Translations under genes and position numbers: made by a program
The notes under the pieces: generated by a model
Told to the model about the DNA's origin: nothing
Seen by the model: the letters and a program-made list of their open reading frames with translations, nothing else
Database searches by the model: none
Shown: positions 19,507 to 29,347 of the stretch, piece after piece
How the letters are laid out: the number at the start of each line of letters is the position of its first letter
Numbering within the stretch: the first letter of the stretch is position 1
Assembly (NCBI GenBank): GCA_050951405.1
Contig: JBMNIZ010000003.1
Span: 10,111 to 74,110, forward strand
Source of the DNA: Bacillota bacterium
GTDB lineage: Bacteria > Bacillota > DULZ01
Length of the DNA stretch: 64,000 bases
Reading direction: 5' to 3'

Positions 19507-20577
19507 ATGGCAATGGATATAAAAACTCTTATTGACCGGCTGCGGGACAGTCATGATCTCAGCCAAACTGAGCTCATGCAAATTTTAAACAGCAGGGACC
19601 CGGCATATTTATTCTCCCAGGCGGACCAAATCAGATATCTCCACAGCGGCGACCAGATTCATCTTCGGGCTATTATTGAGTTTTCCAACCACTGCCGGTG
19701 CCGCTGCCGCTATTGCGGCCTGAATGCTTCAAATACTCAACTCCGTCGCTACCGGATGTCTCCGGACGAAATCCTGGAAAATGCCTTTGAAGCCTATCAG
19801 GTCGGTTACCGGACCATTGTGCTTCAATCAGGTGAAGACCCTTGGTATACCAAGACCATGCTGGCTGACTTGATCAGGGAGATTAAATCCTTTGGTGATG
19901 TGGCGGTAACCTTGAGTGTGGGGGAAAGGGATGATGATGCATATCAGCTCTGGAAAAAAGCCGGTGCGGACCGCTACCTGCTGAAACACGAAACCGCCGA
20001 TCCGGTTCTTTACGAAAAGCTCCATCCCCACTCCACTTTAGCGGACCGGCTTAAATGCCTCCGGGAATTAAAAAAACTCGGTTATCAAACAGGCAGCGGT
20101 TTTATGGTGGGGCTCCCGGGACAGACCACAGCCACCATTGCCCGGGATATTCTGCTCCTGAAAGAATTGCAGGTAGATATGGCCGGCATCGGGCCCTTTA
20201 TCCCTCATCCCCAAACCCCTCTGGCCCATCTGCCGCCGGGGAGCTTGGAGCTGACCCTGAAATCTTTAGCCGTCACTCGTCTTTTTTTAAAAAGAATCAA
20301 TCTGCCGGCCACCACCGCCTTGGGAGTGCTGGCTGATGACCGGGTGCTGGGAGATGGTGATAGGCTCTTTTCCTCCGTCTCTCCCTTTTCCTGCGGTGCC
20401 AATGTTTTGATGAAAAAGGCCACGCCGCACCGCTACCGGTCTTTATACGACATTTACCCGAAGAAAAGCGGGGAAGAAAGGAGTGTTTTAGAGGAAAGAA
20501 AAGAAGCGGAAGCCATGATCAGGAGCATGAAAAAACAGGTGGCCCCGGGTCGGGGAGACTGTTTTGCACAAAAATAG
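19507..20577 (+). CDS. hydE: [FeFe]-hydrogenase H-cluster radical-SAM maturase HydE
   Basis: 356 aa, BioB-like, with CRCRYCGL (CX3CX2C). Directly followed by hydG and hydF. Confidence 0.85.
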   Translation: MAMDIKTLIDRLRDSHDLSQTELMQILNSRDPAYLFSQADQIRYLHSGDQIHLRAIIEFSNHCRCRCRYCGLNASNTQLRRYRMSPDEILENAFEAYQVGYRTIVLQSGEDPWYTKTMLADLIREIKSFGDVAVTLSVGERDDDAYQLWKKAGADRYLLKHETADPVLYEKLHPHSTLADRLKCLRELKKLGYQTGSGFMVGLPGQTTATIARDILLLKELQVDMAGIGPFIPHPQTPLAHLPPGSLELTLKSLAVTRLFLKRINLPATTALGVLADDRVLGDGDRLFSSVSPFSCGANVLMKKATPHRYRSLYDIYPKKSGEERSVLEERKEAEAMIRSMKKQVAPGRGDCFAQK

Positions 20578-20598
20578 AATGTCAGGAGGCAAACTGAA

Positions 20599-22011
20599 AT
20601 GAAAGAATGGCGGGCAGAGGACTATATCGTAGATGCTCAAATCAAGGAGGCCTTATTATTTGCTGAAAAGAAAAAAGAGGATAGGCATTACATCCGGGAA
20701 CTAATCGATAAAGCTCGGGAATGTCAAGGCTTGACTTACCGGGAAGGAGCTGTACTCCTTGCCATCCAGGACCGGGAACTCCTGGCAGAAATGTTCCAGG
20801 CAGCCCGGGAAGTTAAGGAAGCCATTTACGGAAAAAGAATAGTTCTCTTCGCACCTTTGTATGTGAGCAATTACTGTGTCAACAACTGCCGCTATTGCGG
20901 CTACAAAAGATCAAATAAAAATCTGGTGCGCGGGAAACTCTCCCAGGAAGAGCTAAAAAAGGAAATTGAAATTCTTGAAGGGATGGGGCACAAAAGAATA
21001 GCTCTGGAAGCAGGGGAAGACCCGGTTAACTGCAGCCTGGACTATATCATCGACTGCATCAATACCATTTATTCCTTGAAATTCAAAAACGGCAGCATTC
21101 GCAGAATCAATGTGAATATTGCCGCCACCACCGTGGAAGAGTATCGCCGTCTCAAAGAAGCAGAAATCGGCACTTATGTTCTTTTTCAAGAAACCTACCA
21201 CCGTCCCAGCTATGAAACCTTGCACCCATCCGGACCGAAAAGCGATTACAACTGGCATACCACTGCCATGGATCGGGCTAGGGCTGCCGGCATTGATGAT
21301 GTGGGCATCGGCGTCTTATACGGCCTTTACGATTACCGTTACGATACTGTGGCCATGCTCATGCATACGGAACACCTGGAACGGGATACGGGAGTAGGCC
21401 CTCATACCATCTCCGTACCCCGCCTCCGGGCGGCGGAAGGAGTGAGCCTGCAGGAGTACCCTCATCTGGTCTCGGATGAGGATTTCGTCAAAATAGTGGC
21501 TGTGCTGCGCCTGGCAGTACCCTATACGGGCATCATTCTCTCCACCCGGGAAAAACCTCAGTTTCGGGATCAAGTCATCGCTCTCGGTATCTCTCAAATC
21601 AGTGCCGGTTCCTGTACTGGAGTAGGAGGTTACGCCGAACAAGCCAAATCGGAAGGAAAAGACAAGCCTCAATTTGAAGTGGAAGACCACCGATCGCCTT
21701 CTCAGATTTTACAGAGTCTCTGTGCCGGAGGCTACATTCCCAGTTATTGCACCGCCTGCTACCGGGCCGGTCGAACAGGGGAAAGATTTATGGAGTTTGC
21801 CAAAAATGGCCAGATCCACAATTACTGCCTGCCAAATGCTATTCTCACTTTTTTTGAATACTTGCAGGACTATGGAGACGAAGAACTGCGCCGGACAGGT
21901 CAACAAACCATTGAAAAAGCCCTGCTGGATATTCCCAATGCCAAGGTGCGGCAAACTACCAGAGAAAAACTGGACTTGATCCGAGCAGGCCAGCGGGACT
22001 TTAGATTTTAG
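20599..22011 (+). CDS. hydG: [FeFe]-hydrogenase H-cluster radical-SAM maturase HydG
   Basis: 470 aa, ThiH-like, with CVNNCRYCGY and the C-terminal Cys motif (SYCTACYRAGRTG). Confidence 0.9.
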   Translation: MKEWRAEDYIVDAQIKEALLFAEKKKEDRHYIRELIDKARECQGLTYREGAVLLAIQDRELLAEMFQAAREVKEAIYGKRIVLFAPLYVSNYCVNNCRYCGYKRSNKNLVRGKLSQEELKKEIEILEGMGHKRIALEAGEDPVNCSLDYIIDCINTIYSLKFKNGSIRRINVNIAATTVEEYRRLKEAEIGTYVLFQETYHRPSYETLHPSGPKSDYNWHTTAMDRARAAGIDDVGIGVLYGLYDYRYDTVAMLMHTEHLERDTGVGPHTISVPRLRAAEGVSLQEYPHLVSDEDFVKIVAVLRLAVPYTGIILSTREKPQFRDQVIALGISQISAGSCTGVGGYAEQAKSEGKDKPQFEVEDHRSPSQILQSLCAGGYIPSYCTACYRAGRTGERFMEFAKNGQIHNYCLPNAILTFFEYLQDYGDEELRRTGQQTIEKALLDIPNAKVRQTTREKLDLIRAGQRDFRF

Positions 22012-22022
22012 GAGCGATTAAA

Positions 22023-23255
22023 ATGCAGCAAACACCCAAAGCCAACCGGCTCCATATCGCCATCTTCGGCAGGAGAAATGTGGGTAAATCCAGCTTGATC
22101 AACGCTTTGGCCAATCAGGATCTGGCCCTGGTCACCCCGGTGCCGGGCACCACAGCCGATCCGGTCTATAAATCCATGGAACTTCCAGCCCTTGGCCCGG
22201 TGGTGTTCATCGATACCGCAGGTATTGACGATGAAGGAAGCTTAGGGGAGCTCCGAGTCAAAAAGACAAGAGAAGCCCTGAGCCAAGCTGATCTGGCCCT
22301 GCTGGTCTTTTCCGGAGAAAACCAGGATCTTGCCCTGGAGGAAGAATGGCTGAAGCAGCTCCGAGAACAGCAGCCGCCTCTTCCGGTGATCGGCGTTCTC
22401 AACAAAATCGACCTGTTTCCGGCAGACCCGGAAAAGCTGAAGAAAAGACTCTCCTTGCCCGTAGTGCCTGTCAGCGCCAAAAGCAAAGAAAACTTGGAAC
22501 GGCTGCGACAAGCCATTGAAAAAGAGGCCCCCAAAGATTATGAAAGAGCCAGTATCGTAGGAGACCTGTTGCCGGCCCAAAGCACGGTAGTCCTGGTCAC
22601 CCCCCAGGATATCCAGGCTCCCAAAGGAAGGCTGATCTTACCCCAGGTGCAGACCATCAGAGACCTGTTGGACCACCGGATGATCACTCTCATCGTGCAG
22701 GAGACCGAGCTGGAAAAGGCCATGCAAATCTTGTCGACAAAAGCTCGGCTGGTCATTACTGATTCCCAGATCTTTCATCAGGTGAAAGAAATTGTACCGC
22801 GGGAAATACCTTTAACTTCCTTTTCCATTCTAATGGCCCGCTATAAAGGGGATTTACCCACTCTGGCTGCGGGTGCCAGGGCCATCGGCCTTCTAGAGCC
22901 CGGGGACCAGGTGCTCATCGCGGAAGCCTGTACCCATCATCCCCTGGAGCAGGATCTGGCCCGGGCAAAACTCCCTTTCTGGCTGCAAAAAAAAGTGGGA
23001 GGACCCTTGGATATTCAAGTGGCGGCAGGCAGGGATTTTCCGGAAGACTTATCCCCTTACCGGCTGGTAATACACTGTGCCGGTTGCATGTTCAACAGAA
23101 AGCAAATGCTCCAGCGGATTGCTCAAGCCAGGCGGCAAAAGGTGCCCATCACCAACTACGGGGTAACCATTGCTTATCTCAATAATATTTTGGACCGGGC
23201 CCTGGAAATTTTTGCAGGAGGAGCTGACCGATCATCTCCGAGCAGAAGGGAGTAA
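22023..23255 (+). CDS. hydF: [FeFe]-hydrogenase maturation GTPase HydF
   Basis: 410 aa with a P-loop (GRRNVGKSSLINAL), DTAG, NKID and a C-terminal CxH...HCxxC cluster site (EACTHHP...IHCAGC). Confidence 0.87.
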   Translation: MQQTPKANRLHIAIFGRRNVGKSSLINALANQDLALVTPVPGTTADPVYKSMELPALGPVVFIDTAGIDDEGSLGELRVKKTREALSQADLALLVFSGENQDLALEEEWLKQLREQQPPLPVIGVLNKIDLFPADPEKLKKRLSLPVVPVSAKSKENLERLRQAIEKEAPKDYERASIVGDLLPAQSTVVLVTPQDIQAPKGRLILPQVQTIRDLLDHRMITLIVQETELEKAMQILSTKARLVITDSQIFHQVKEIVPREIPLTSFSILMARYKGDLPTLAAGARAIGLLEPGDQVLIAEACTHHPLEQDLARAKLPFWLQKKVGGPLDIQVAAGRDFPEDLSPYRLVIHCAGCMFNRKQMLQRIAQARRQKVPITNYGVTIAYLNNILDRALEIFAGGADRSSPSRRE

Positions 23256-23328
23256 TGCCGGCAGGAATCCTCCTCCTGCCTGGCGAATAAGCTTTTTATT
23301 TTATGAATGCATCCTGGAGGGAAAAATA

Positions 23329-24213
23329 GTGAAAGATTGGTTCTTGGCCTGCCGGCCCTGGTCCTTGACCGCTGCCGCCATACCGGTAACATTGGGAGCG
23401 GCTATTGCCTGGAATCAAGGTTATTTCCACCCTTGGCTCTTTATCCTGACCCTCATCGGGGGTGCCGCCATCCAGGTGGGGACTAATTATACGAACACTT
23501 ATGGGGATTATATTAACGGGGTGGATACGGTGGAATCCAACATCACCCAGCCCCAGTTGGTGCGAGGCATCTTGGCTCCCGACCAAATGCTCAAGGCGGG
23601 CCTGGGGGCTTTTGCTTTCGCTGCCACCATTGGTATTTATTTGGTTTACCTGCGCGGTTGGCCTTTATTGATTTTGGGCCTCTTGGGTATTTTGGGAGGC
23701 TACGGGTATACCCTGGGCGTTGCCTATAAATACAAAGGGCTGGGTACTATTCTGGTTTTTTTCCTCATGGGACCAATGATGGCTTGGGGTGCTTACTACG
23801 TGCAGACGGGTTTTCACAGCTGGACACCCGTCCTGGCTTCCCTGCCGATAGGTTTTTTGATTTCAGGCCTTTTACATGCCAATGATTTTCGCGACATACC
23901 AAGCGATGAAGAATCAGGAATCAAAACCCTGGCCACCATCTTGGGATTCTATTGGAGTCTGCCCTTTTATTACCTGCTGAACATCGCTGCTTATCTTTCC
24001 CTGGTCTTGTTGGTCATCTTCCGGGTACTTCCCCCGGTAGCTTTACTGCCTTTGCTATTAACCCCTCGGGTCTGGCAGCAAATGCAGAATGCAAGACTGG
24101 GCTGGCTGGGGAATTTGGAAAAGCTGAAGTTCCTGGAGCCGAAACATGCGCAAATTCATTTTCAATTTGGCCTTCTCTTTATTGCCGGCATCTTGCTCGG
24201 CACCCTTTTCTAG
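23329..24213 (+). CDS. UbiA-family prenyltransferase, MenA-like
   Basis: Polytopic membrane protein, KDWFLACRPWSLTAAAIPV..., with NDFRDIPSD (NDxxDxxxD). GTG 23329 lies 7 nt after GGAGGG; the ORF-track start at 23170 overlaps hydF. Confidence 0.72.
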   Translation: MKDWFLACRPWSLTAAAIPVTLGAAIAWNQGYFHPWLFILTLIGGAAIQVGTNYTNTYGDYINGVDTVESNITQPQLVRGILAPDQMLKAGLGAFAFAATIGIYLVYLRGWPLLILGLLGILGGYGYTLGVAYKYKGLGTILVFFLMGPMMAWGAYYVQTGFHSWTPVLASLPIGFLISGLLHANDFRDIPSDEESGIKTLATILGFYWSLPFYYLLNIAAYLSLVLLVIFRVLPPVALLPLLLTPRVWQQMQNARLGWLGNLEKLKFLEPKHAQIHFQFGLLFIAGILLGTLF

Positions 24214-24222
24214 GAGGTTGAG

Positions 24223-24843
24223 ATGAAAGCCGTTCAAACCCATCAAGTATTATTCACTATCGCCCTGGCAGTTATCTTTTGGATTTTGACATTTGGCATC
24301 CAAGCTTTAAATTTTTGGCTGAGCATGAGCCTGGCAGCATCTATTTTGGCCATGCTGGCCCTTTTCTTTGGAGGAAAACCTTTTACGAAAGAGGATCTCC
24401 ATTTCCCATCTCTTCTTTTGGGCCTGGGAGCGGCTTTAGCCCTTTACCTGATGTTCTGGGCGGAAAGCATTGTCTCCCAATGGTTGTTTCCTTTTGCTCC
24501 CTCCCAGATTTCTTCCATCTATGAACTGCGGACGGAAGGGCAGCCCTTCACCATCGCCCTGGTCCTCCTCTTTATCACCAGCCCGGCTGAAGAAATCTTT
24601 TGGAGAGGTTTTGTGCAGAAATGGGCCATGGACAAATACGGATCCTATCCCGGCTGGCTGTTAGCCTCCGCCATTTACGGGGGCGTTCATCTGTTTTCTG
24701 GAAATTTTATCTTAATCATGGCTGCCTTGACCGCTGGTCTCTTTTGGGGTTTTCTTTACTGGCAAAGTAAAAACTTGGTTCCCTGCATCATTTCCCACTG
24801 CCTCTGGACTGTCGGCATTTTTTTACTGGCACCATTGGCCTGA
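24223..24843 (+). CDS. CPBP-family intramembrane metalloprotease (CAAX protease-like)
   Basis: 206 aa, multi-TM, with EEIFWRGF, then GGVH, then ISHCLWT. Confidence 0.8.
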   Translation: MKAVQTHQVLFTIALAVIFWILTFGIQALNFWLSMSLAASILAMLALFFGGKPFTKEDLHFPSLLLGLGAALALYLMFWAESIVSQWLFPFAPSQISSIYELRTEGQPFTIALVLLFITSPAEEIFWRGFVQKWAMDKYGSYPGWLLASAIYGGVHLFSGNFILIMAALTAGLFWGFLYWQSKNLVPCIISHCLWTVGIFLLAPLA

Positions 24844-24969
24844 AAAGACTAAGAGCCGGGTTTTAAACTAATCCCGGCATTGCTCAAAATAATATTCATT
24901 TCTGCTTATTAAGAGCACATATTTATGTAAGTGAGTTTGCTTTTATATATTTTTAGGAGGTTTTTTATT

Positions 24970-25734
24970 TTGCCTGATTATTTTGTCATGTTAATACTAA
25001 TTACAGGTATCATAGCCGGATTTTTTAATACTGTAGGTGGCGGCGGTTCATTAATTACCATGCCCATGCTGATTTTTCTGGGAATGCCCTCTGCCATGGC
25101 AAATGGCACTAACAGAATAGCATTAATAGTTCAAAACTTAGTAGCAGTAGCCAGTTTCAAAACTAAAGGATATTTTGATTTAAGGTTTGGTTTAATTCTG
25201 GGGATACCGGCAATGATGGGCTCAATTATTGGCGCCAAATTTGCAATTAATATATCAGATGAAATATTTAACAAGATACTGGCTGTAATTATGGTGATGG
25301 TTCTAGTGATAATACTATTTGAACCACACAAAAAATTTATCACATATGAAGAGGAAATGAGTAAAGAAAAAAAATGGCTGGCAGCTATTGTGTTTTTCTT
25401 TATTGGTATTTATGGCGGTTTTATCCAGGCCGGTGTTGGTTTTATTATTATCGCCAGTTTGTCGATTTTAACGGGTTTATCACTTGTTAAGATAAATAGT
25501 TTAAAGGTGTTTGTTGTTGGTATTTATATTTTTACATCTTTAATTGTCTTTGTAGCATCAGGAAATGTAAATTGGCTGATAGGTTTTTCACTGGCACTGG
25601 GTAATGCCATAGGTGCATGGCTTGGTAGTATTTTTGCAGTTTCAGGCGGGGATAAATGGATTAAGGTGGTTTTATCTATCTCTGTCATTGCAATGTCACT
25701 AAAACTATTGGGGATATTTGACTTATTTATATAA
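24970..25734 (+). CDS. TauE/SafE-family sulfite/anion exporter
   Basis: Very hydrophobic 8-TM-type protein with the FFNTVGGGGSLITMPMLIF motif. TTG 24970 follows AGGAGG by 9-10 nt. Markedly AT-rich compared with its neighbours. Confidence 0.78.
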   Translation: MPDYFVMLILITGIIAGFFNTVGGGGSLITMPMLIFLGMPSAMANGTNRIALIVQNLVAVASFKTKGYFDLRFGLILGIPAMMGSIIGAKFAINISDEIFNKILAVIMVMVLVIILFEPHKKFITYEEEMSKEKKWLAAIVFFFIGIYGGFIQAGVGFIIIASLSILTGLSLVKINSLKVFVVGIYIFTSLIVFVASGNVNWLIGFSLALGNAIGAWLGSIFAVSGGDKWIKVVLSISVIAMSLKLLGIFDLFI

Positions 25735-25779
25735 ACATTTGATGCTGGCAAATGAAGAGCAAGACCCAAACTGCAGACA

Positions 25780-25816
25780 AAAATGGCCTTTTGGAGCAAA
25801 AGAAAAAGGCCATTTT
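25780..25816. terminator. bidirectional terminator hairpin
   Basis: AAAATGGCCTTTT - 11 nt - AAAAGGCCATTTT, between the convergent TauE gene and the guaA remnant. Confidence 0.6.
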
Positions 25817-25917
25817 CTTAATCGGAAAGCACACCCTGCAGCGGGAATGTTGGCGTGATATGCAGCCCTTGAGCAGACACCTGCAATAAGAAAATCAGGG
25901 CTACGGCCTAAATTGTA

Positions 25918-26881
25918 TTATTCCCACTCAATGGTACCCGGTGGTTTGGGAGTAAGATCATAAGCCACCCGGTTCACATGTTCCACTTCCTGCAGAATGC
26001 GAGTGGAAATGCGGGCCAGCAGATCATAGGGTATCCTGGCCCAATCTGCAGTCATAGCATCCTTGCTGTGTACCGCCCGCAAAATGATGGGATAAGAGTA
26101 AGTCCTCTTATTTGCCTTCATCCCCACGCTTTTCAAACCTGGCAGCACAGTAAAATACTGCCAAATTTCCCGATCAAGACCCGCCTTCCTGATTTCCTCC
26201 CGGAAAATAGCATCCGCTTCCCGGAGAATAGCCAGTTTTTCTCCGGTCACTTCCCCTATAATCCGGATTGCCAGACCAGGGCCGGGAAACGGCTGCCGCC
26301 AGGTGATTTCCTCGGGTAAACCTAAGAGCTCTCCTACCTGGCGCACTTCGTCCTTATACAGGGATCGCAGGGGTTCTATCAACTGGAAATTCAAGTCTTC
26401 CGGCAGCCCTCCCACATTGTGATGGCTCTTAATGACGGCGCTGTTTTCAGTGCCGCTTTCCACCACGTCGGGATAAATAGTGCCCTGGACCAAAAAATCC
26501 ACCTGGCCCATTTTCTCTGGCCTCTTCCTCAAAGACCCGGATGAACTCCTCACCGATAATTTTACGTTTTGCTTCCGGCTCCACCACTCCCTTCAGCTTG
26601 GCCAGAAAGCGTTTCCTGGCATCCACCTGCACTAAATTCATCTGAAAACGGCCGGCAAAGGTGGCCTCCACTTCCTCCGCTTCTCCTTTGCGCAGCAGCC
26701 CGTGATCCACAAAAACGCAGACCAAATTCCGGCCCACCGCCCGGTGGACCAAAACAGCGGCCACTGCGGAATCCACTCCGCCGCTTAAAGCACAGAGCAC
26801 TTTTTTCTGCCCTACCCTTTTTCTGATTTCTTCAATTTGCTCATTGATATAGGAAGTTAAATCCCTCTTGCGCCTGTTCAC
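25918..26881 (-). pseudogene. guaA: GMP synthase, ATP-pyrophosphatase/dimerisation part only, frameshifted
   Basis: Two overlapping ORFs join to give ...[15 protein letters not shown]...[13 protein letters not shown] // [21 protein letters not shown]...PPGTIEWE. The frame changes near 26515-26530 (AGAGAAAATGGG). No glutaminase domain is present; the ORF starts 20 nt after the hpt stop. Confidence 0.8.
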
Positions 26882-26900
26882 TTGGCAATGCTCACCCTTT

Positions 26901-27440
26901 CTACTTCTGGTACACTTCAGGCTTTAAAACGGATATGTGAGGCAGGTGGCGGTACTGTTCCCCATAGTCCAGGCCATAGCCGACGACGAAAGCATCCGGT
27001 ATGGAAAAGCCCTTATAATCCACCTGTACATCAACCAGGCGCCGTTCAGGCTTGTCCAAAAGTGTGCAGACTTTTAGACTGAGAGGATTCCTGGATTTTA
27101 AATTCTCCACAATGTATTTTAAGGTCAGTCCCGTATCCACGATATCCTCCACAATGAGGACATGCTTTTCCGAGATATTCGTCTCCAAATCTTTCAGAAT
27201 CATCACCGCTCCGGAAGATTCCGTGGCCTGCCCGTAGCTGGATACCGCCATGAAATCCAGGTGAAGAGGGATGGAAATTTTCCGCATCAGATCAGACAGG
27301 AAAACTACCGCCCCTTTTAAGATGCCGACCAAGAGCAAGTCTTTCCCCACATAGTCCTTGGAAATCTGCTCTCCCATTTCTTGTACTTTCTGCTCCAACT
27401 CCTCTTCAGTAATGAGGATCCGTTCAATGTCTTTGTGCAT
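26901..27440 (-). CDS. hpt: hypoxanthine phosphoribosyltransferase
   Basis: 179 aa with a PRPP loop ([14 protein letters not shown]). Confidence 0.92.
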   Translation of the reverse strand: MHKDIERILITEEELEQKVQEMGEQISKDYVGKDLLLVGILKGAVVFLSDLMRKISIPLHLDFMAVSSYGQATESSGAVMILKDLETNISEKHVLIVEDIVDTGLTLKYIVENLKSRNPLSLKVCTLLDKPERRLVDVQVDYKGFSIPDAFVVGYGLDYGEQYRHLPHISVLKPEVYQK

Positions 27441-27515
27441 GCCTAAGCCTCCCCGGCAAGATTTGTGAAAAGATCAGGACTCTGCCAATGATTCATGAGT
27501 TATTACAAGGACATA

Positions 27516-28244
27516 CTAATTATTCTCCCCGGCAGCGAATGATTCCTCCACTTGCTGGACAGGTGGCTGCAAATCTATATGCTGGTTATGATCCTTGAAC
27601 TCCACCAACATCAGCATTGCATCCGTATCATTGGCCTTCAATTTGGCTTGAATCTCCGCTCTGACCAGATAAGGCCCTCTTCTTTCCACCCAAAGCCGGT
27701 AAGAAAAATCCTGCCAGTGTTTTTCCAAAAAAGAATTCCGGACCACCGGGTTGCAGGATAAAAGATGCAGCTTCATCCCATCCACTGTATCCCGCCCGTG
27801 ATATGCCAAATCGGAAACCCCGGCAAAACGAAAAGTTGCCTGAGGATTGATCTCCGTCAAAAATAAATCACCGGCAAAAACCTCGTTTTGGGGAACCGTC
27901 ATCCACTTTCCATCAGGTGCCACCTGCATATAGGTTACCCGGCCAAGATGGTAAATATCTACCGGGGTTTCTTCAATGGTGCCCCAGATGTGAAAAGATC
28001 CGTCAGCCGCTCTTTCCCCTTCAATCAAGCTGATTTGACGCTGATGTTCTCCCCTTTGCAAGCACAAATCAACTTTGTAGCGGTAGCTTCTAAGCTTTTG
28101 TAAATTCTCCAGGCTTTCAGACAACAGCTTTTCCGGCACCACTTTGATCCTGGTCTCGTAATAAAAATAACCGCTGTAACCGACCAGCAGCAAAGCCAAA
28201 AGAACCAACAGGGGTTTCCAGCGCAATTTGATTACCATCAGCAT
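27516..28244 (-). CDS. hypothetical membrane-anchored protein
   Basis: 242 aa with one N-terminal TM/signal anchor (KPLLVLLALLLVGYSGYFYY). No family recognised. Confidence 0.55.
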   Translation of the reverse strand: MLMVIKLRWKPLLVLLALLLVGYSGYFYYETRIKVVPEKLLSESLENLQKLRSYRYKVDLCLQRGEHQRQISLIEGERAADGSFHIWGTIEETPVDIYHLGRVTYMQVAPDGKWMTVPQNEVFAGDLFLTEINPQATFRFAGVSDLAYHGRDTVDGMKLHLLSCNPVVRNSFLEKHWQDFSYRLWVERRGPYLVRAEIQAKLKANDTDAMLMLVEFKDHNQHIDLQPPVQQVEESFAAGENN

Positions 28245-28317
28245 CAGCTCCCGCCCACTTCTCTATGGCTATTTTACTGGGAGCCGAAAAGGAATATGAC
28301 TAAAGAAAGCCAAAAGC

Positions 28318-29328
28318 TTAACTGTCCGCCAAGTACATGGCCAGAATATTTTCCGGAGGCATATCGTCCGTCAACATGCCGCTGGCCGTACTCAAAATAA
28401 AGCCTCCCCTTTCCGCAGCAGCTTCTTTTAGAACCCTCTGCACCTGTTCCCGGACTTCCCCGGGTTTCCCCTGAACCAGCAAGGCCGGATCCATATTGCC
28501 CATCAGGCAAAGCTGCCCGCCCACTTCTTTTTTGATCCGGCCCAGTTCCATACCCGCTGCCGGCTCCAGAGAGTGAATCCCATCGAAACCGAGATTTTTG
28601 ATCGCAGGCAACAGGAATTGAATGTTGCCGTCGCAATGAAGAAAGACCGGCTTGCCAAAAGGCTTCAGTTCTTTGAGCAGCTTTCCATAGACGGGGAAAA
28701 AAACCTGTTCCAAAGTTTGCAGGGAAACCAAAGGACCCCTCTTATAAGCCAGATCATCCCCGATCATAATGCCGTGAGCCCCTGCAGCCAGGCAGCGCTT
28801 GGCCAAAGCAAGTAGAAACTCCCCGTATCTTCCTGCCAGCTCGGATAAAATGTGGGCTTCAGTCACCGTTCCCATCAAAAACTGGGGAAAAGAAAATAAA
28901 GAACCCAGCCCTTGAAAAATCCCATCCAGCAAGGCAAAAACAAAAAAATCCGTGCCATCCGCCCATTCAGCCATCTCCTGGCAGGAAAAATCTTCAACGG
29001 CGGGAAACTGATAACTGCCCGCTTCCTGAAAGCTTTGAATAGCCGGAACCAGAGTCACCGGATGCCCATGTCTCCACTGGATGAGGCGGCCCCAAATGTC
29101 CATCTCCTTGGAGCCCTCTTCCGGCTGGACCGCCTTGGGAGACGGGGCTACCGCCAGGCAATCCATCCGCAGGCGTTCCATGACAGCTTTTTGCCGCTGA
29201 AAAAAGCTCAGGCCCGAATCCGGACACAATTTTTTTACCAGGCCGGGAGCAATCCGGAATTCCCCTCTAGGCACCCGGTCCGGCACTTGGTGCCGGATGG
29301 CCCGCAGAATGCGTTCGACAGATGTCAT
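28318..29328 (-). CDS. uroporphyrinogen-decarboxylase (URO-D) family protein, MtaA/CmuA-like
   Basis: 336 aa with the typical N-terminus of the URO-D-like methyltransferase group (ERILRAIRHQVPDRVP). Confidence 0.7.
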   Translation of the reverse strand: MTSVERILRAIRHQVPDRVPRGEFRIAPGLVKKLCPDSGLSFFQRQKAVMERLRMDCLAVAPSPKAVQPEEGSKEMDIWGRLIQWRHGHPVTLVPAIQSFQEAGSYQFPAVEDFSCQEMAEWADGTDFFVFALLDGIFQGLGSLFSFPQFLMGTVTEAHILSELAGRYGEFLLALAKRCLAAGAHGIMIGDDLAYKRGPLVSLQTLEQVFFPVYGKLLKELKPFGKPVFLHCDGNIQFLLPAIKNLGFDGIHSLEPAAGMELGRIKKEVGGQLCLMGNMDPALLVQGKPGEVREQVQRVLKEAAAERGGFILSTASGMLTDDMPPENILAMYLADS

Positions 29329-29347
29329 GCTCTTCTCCCCATTCCAC

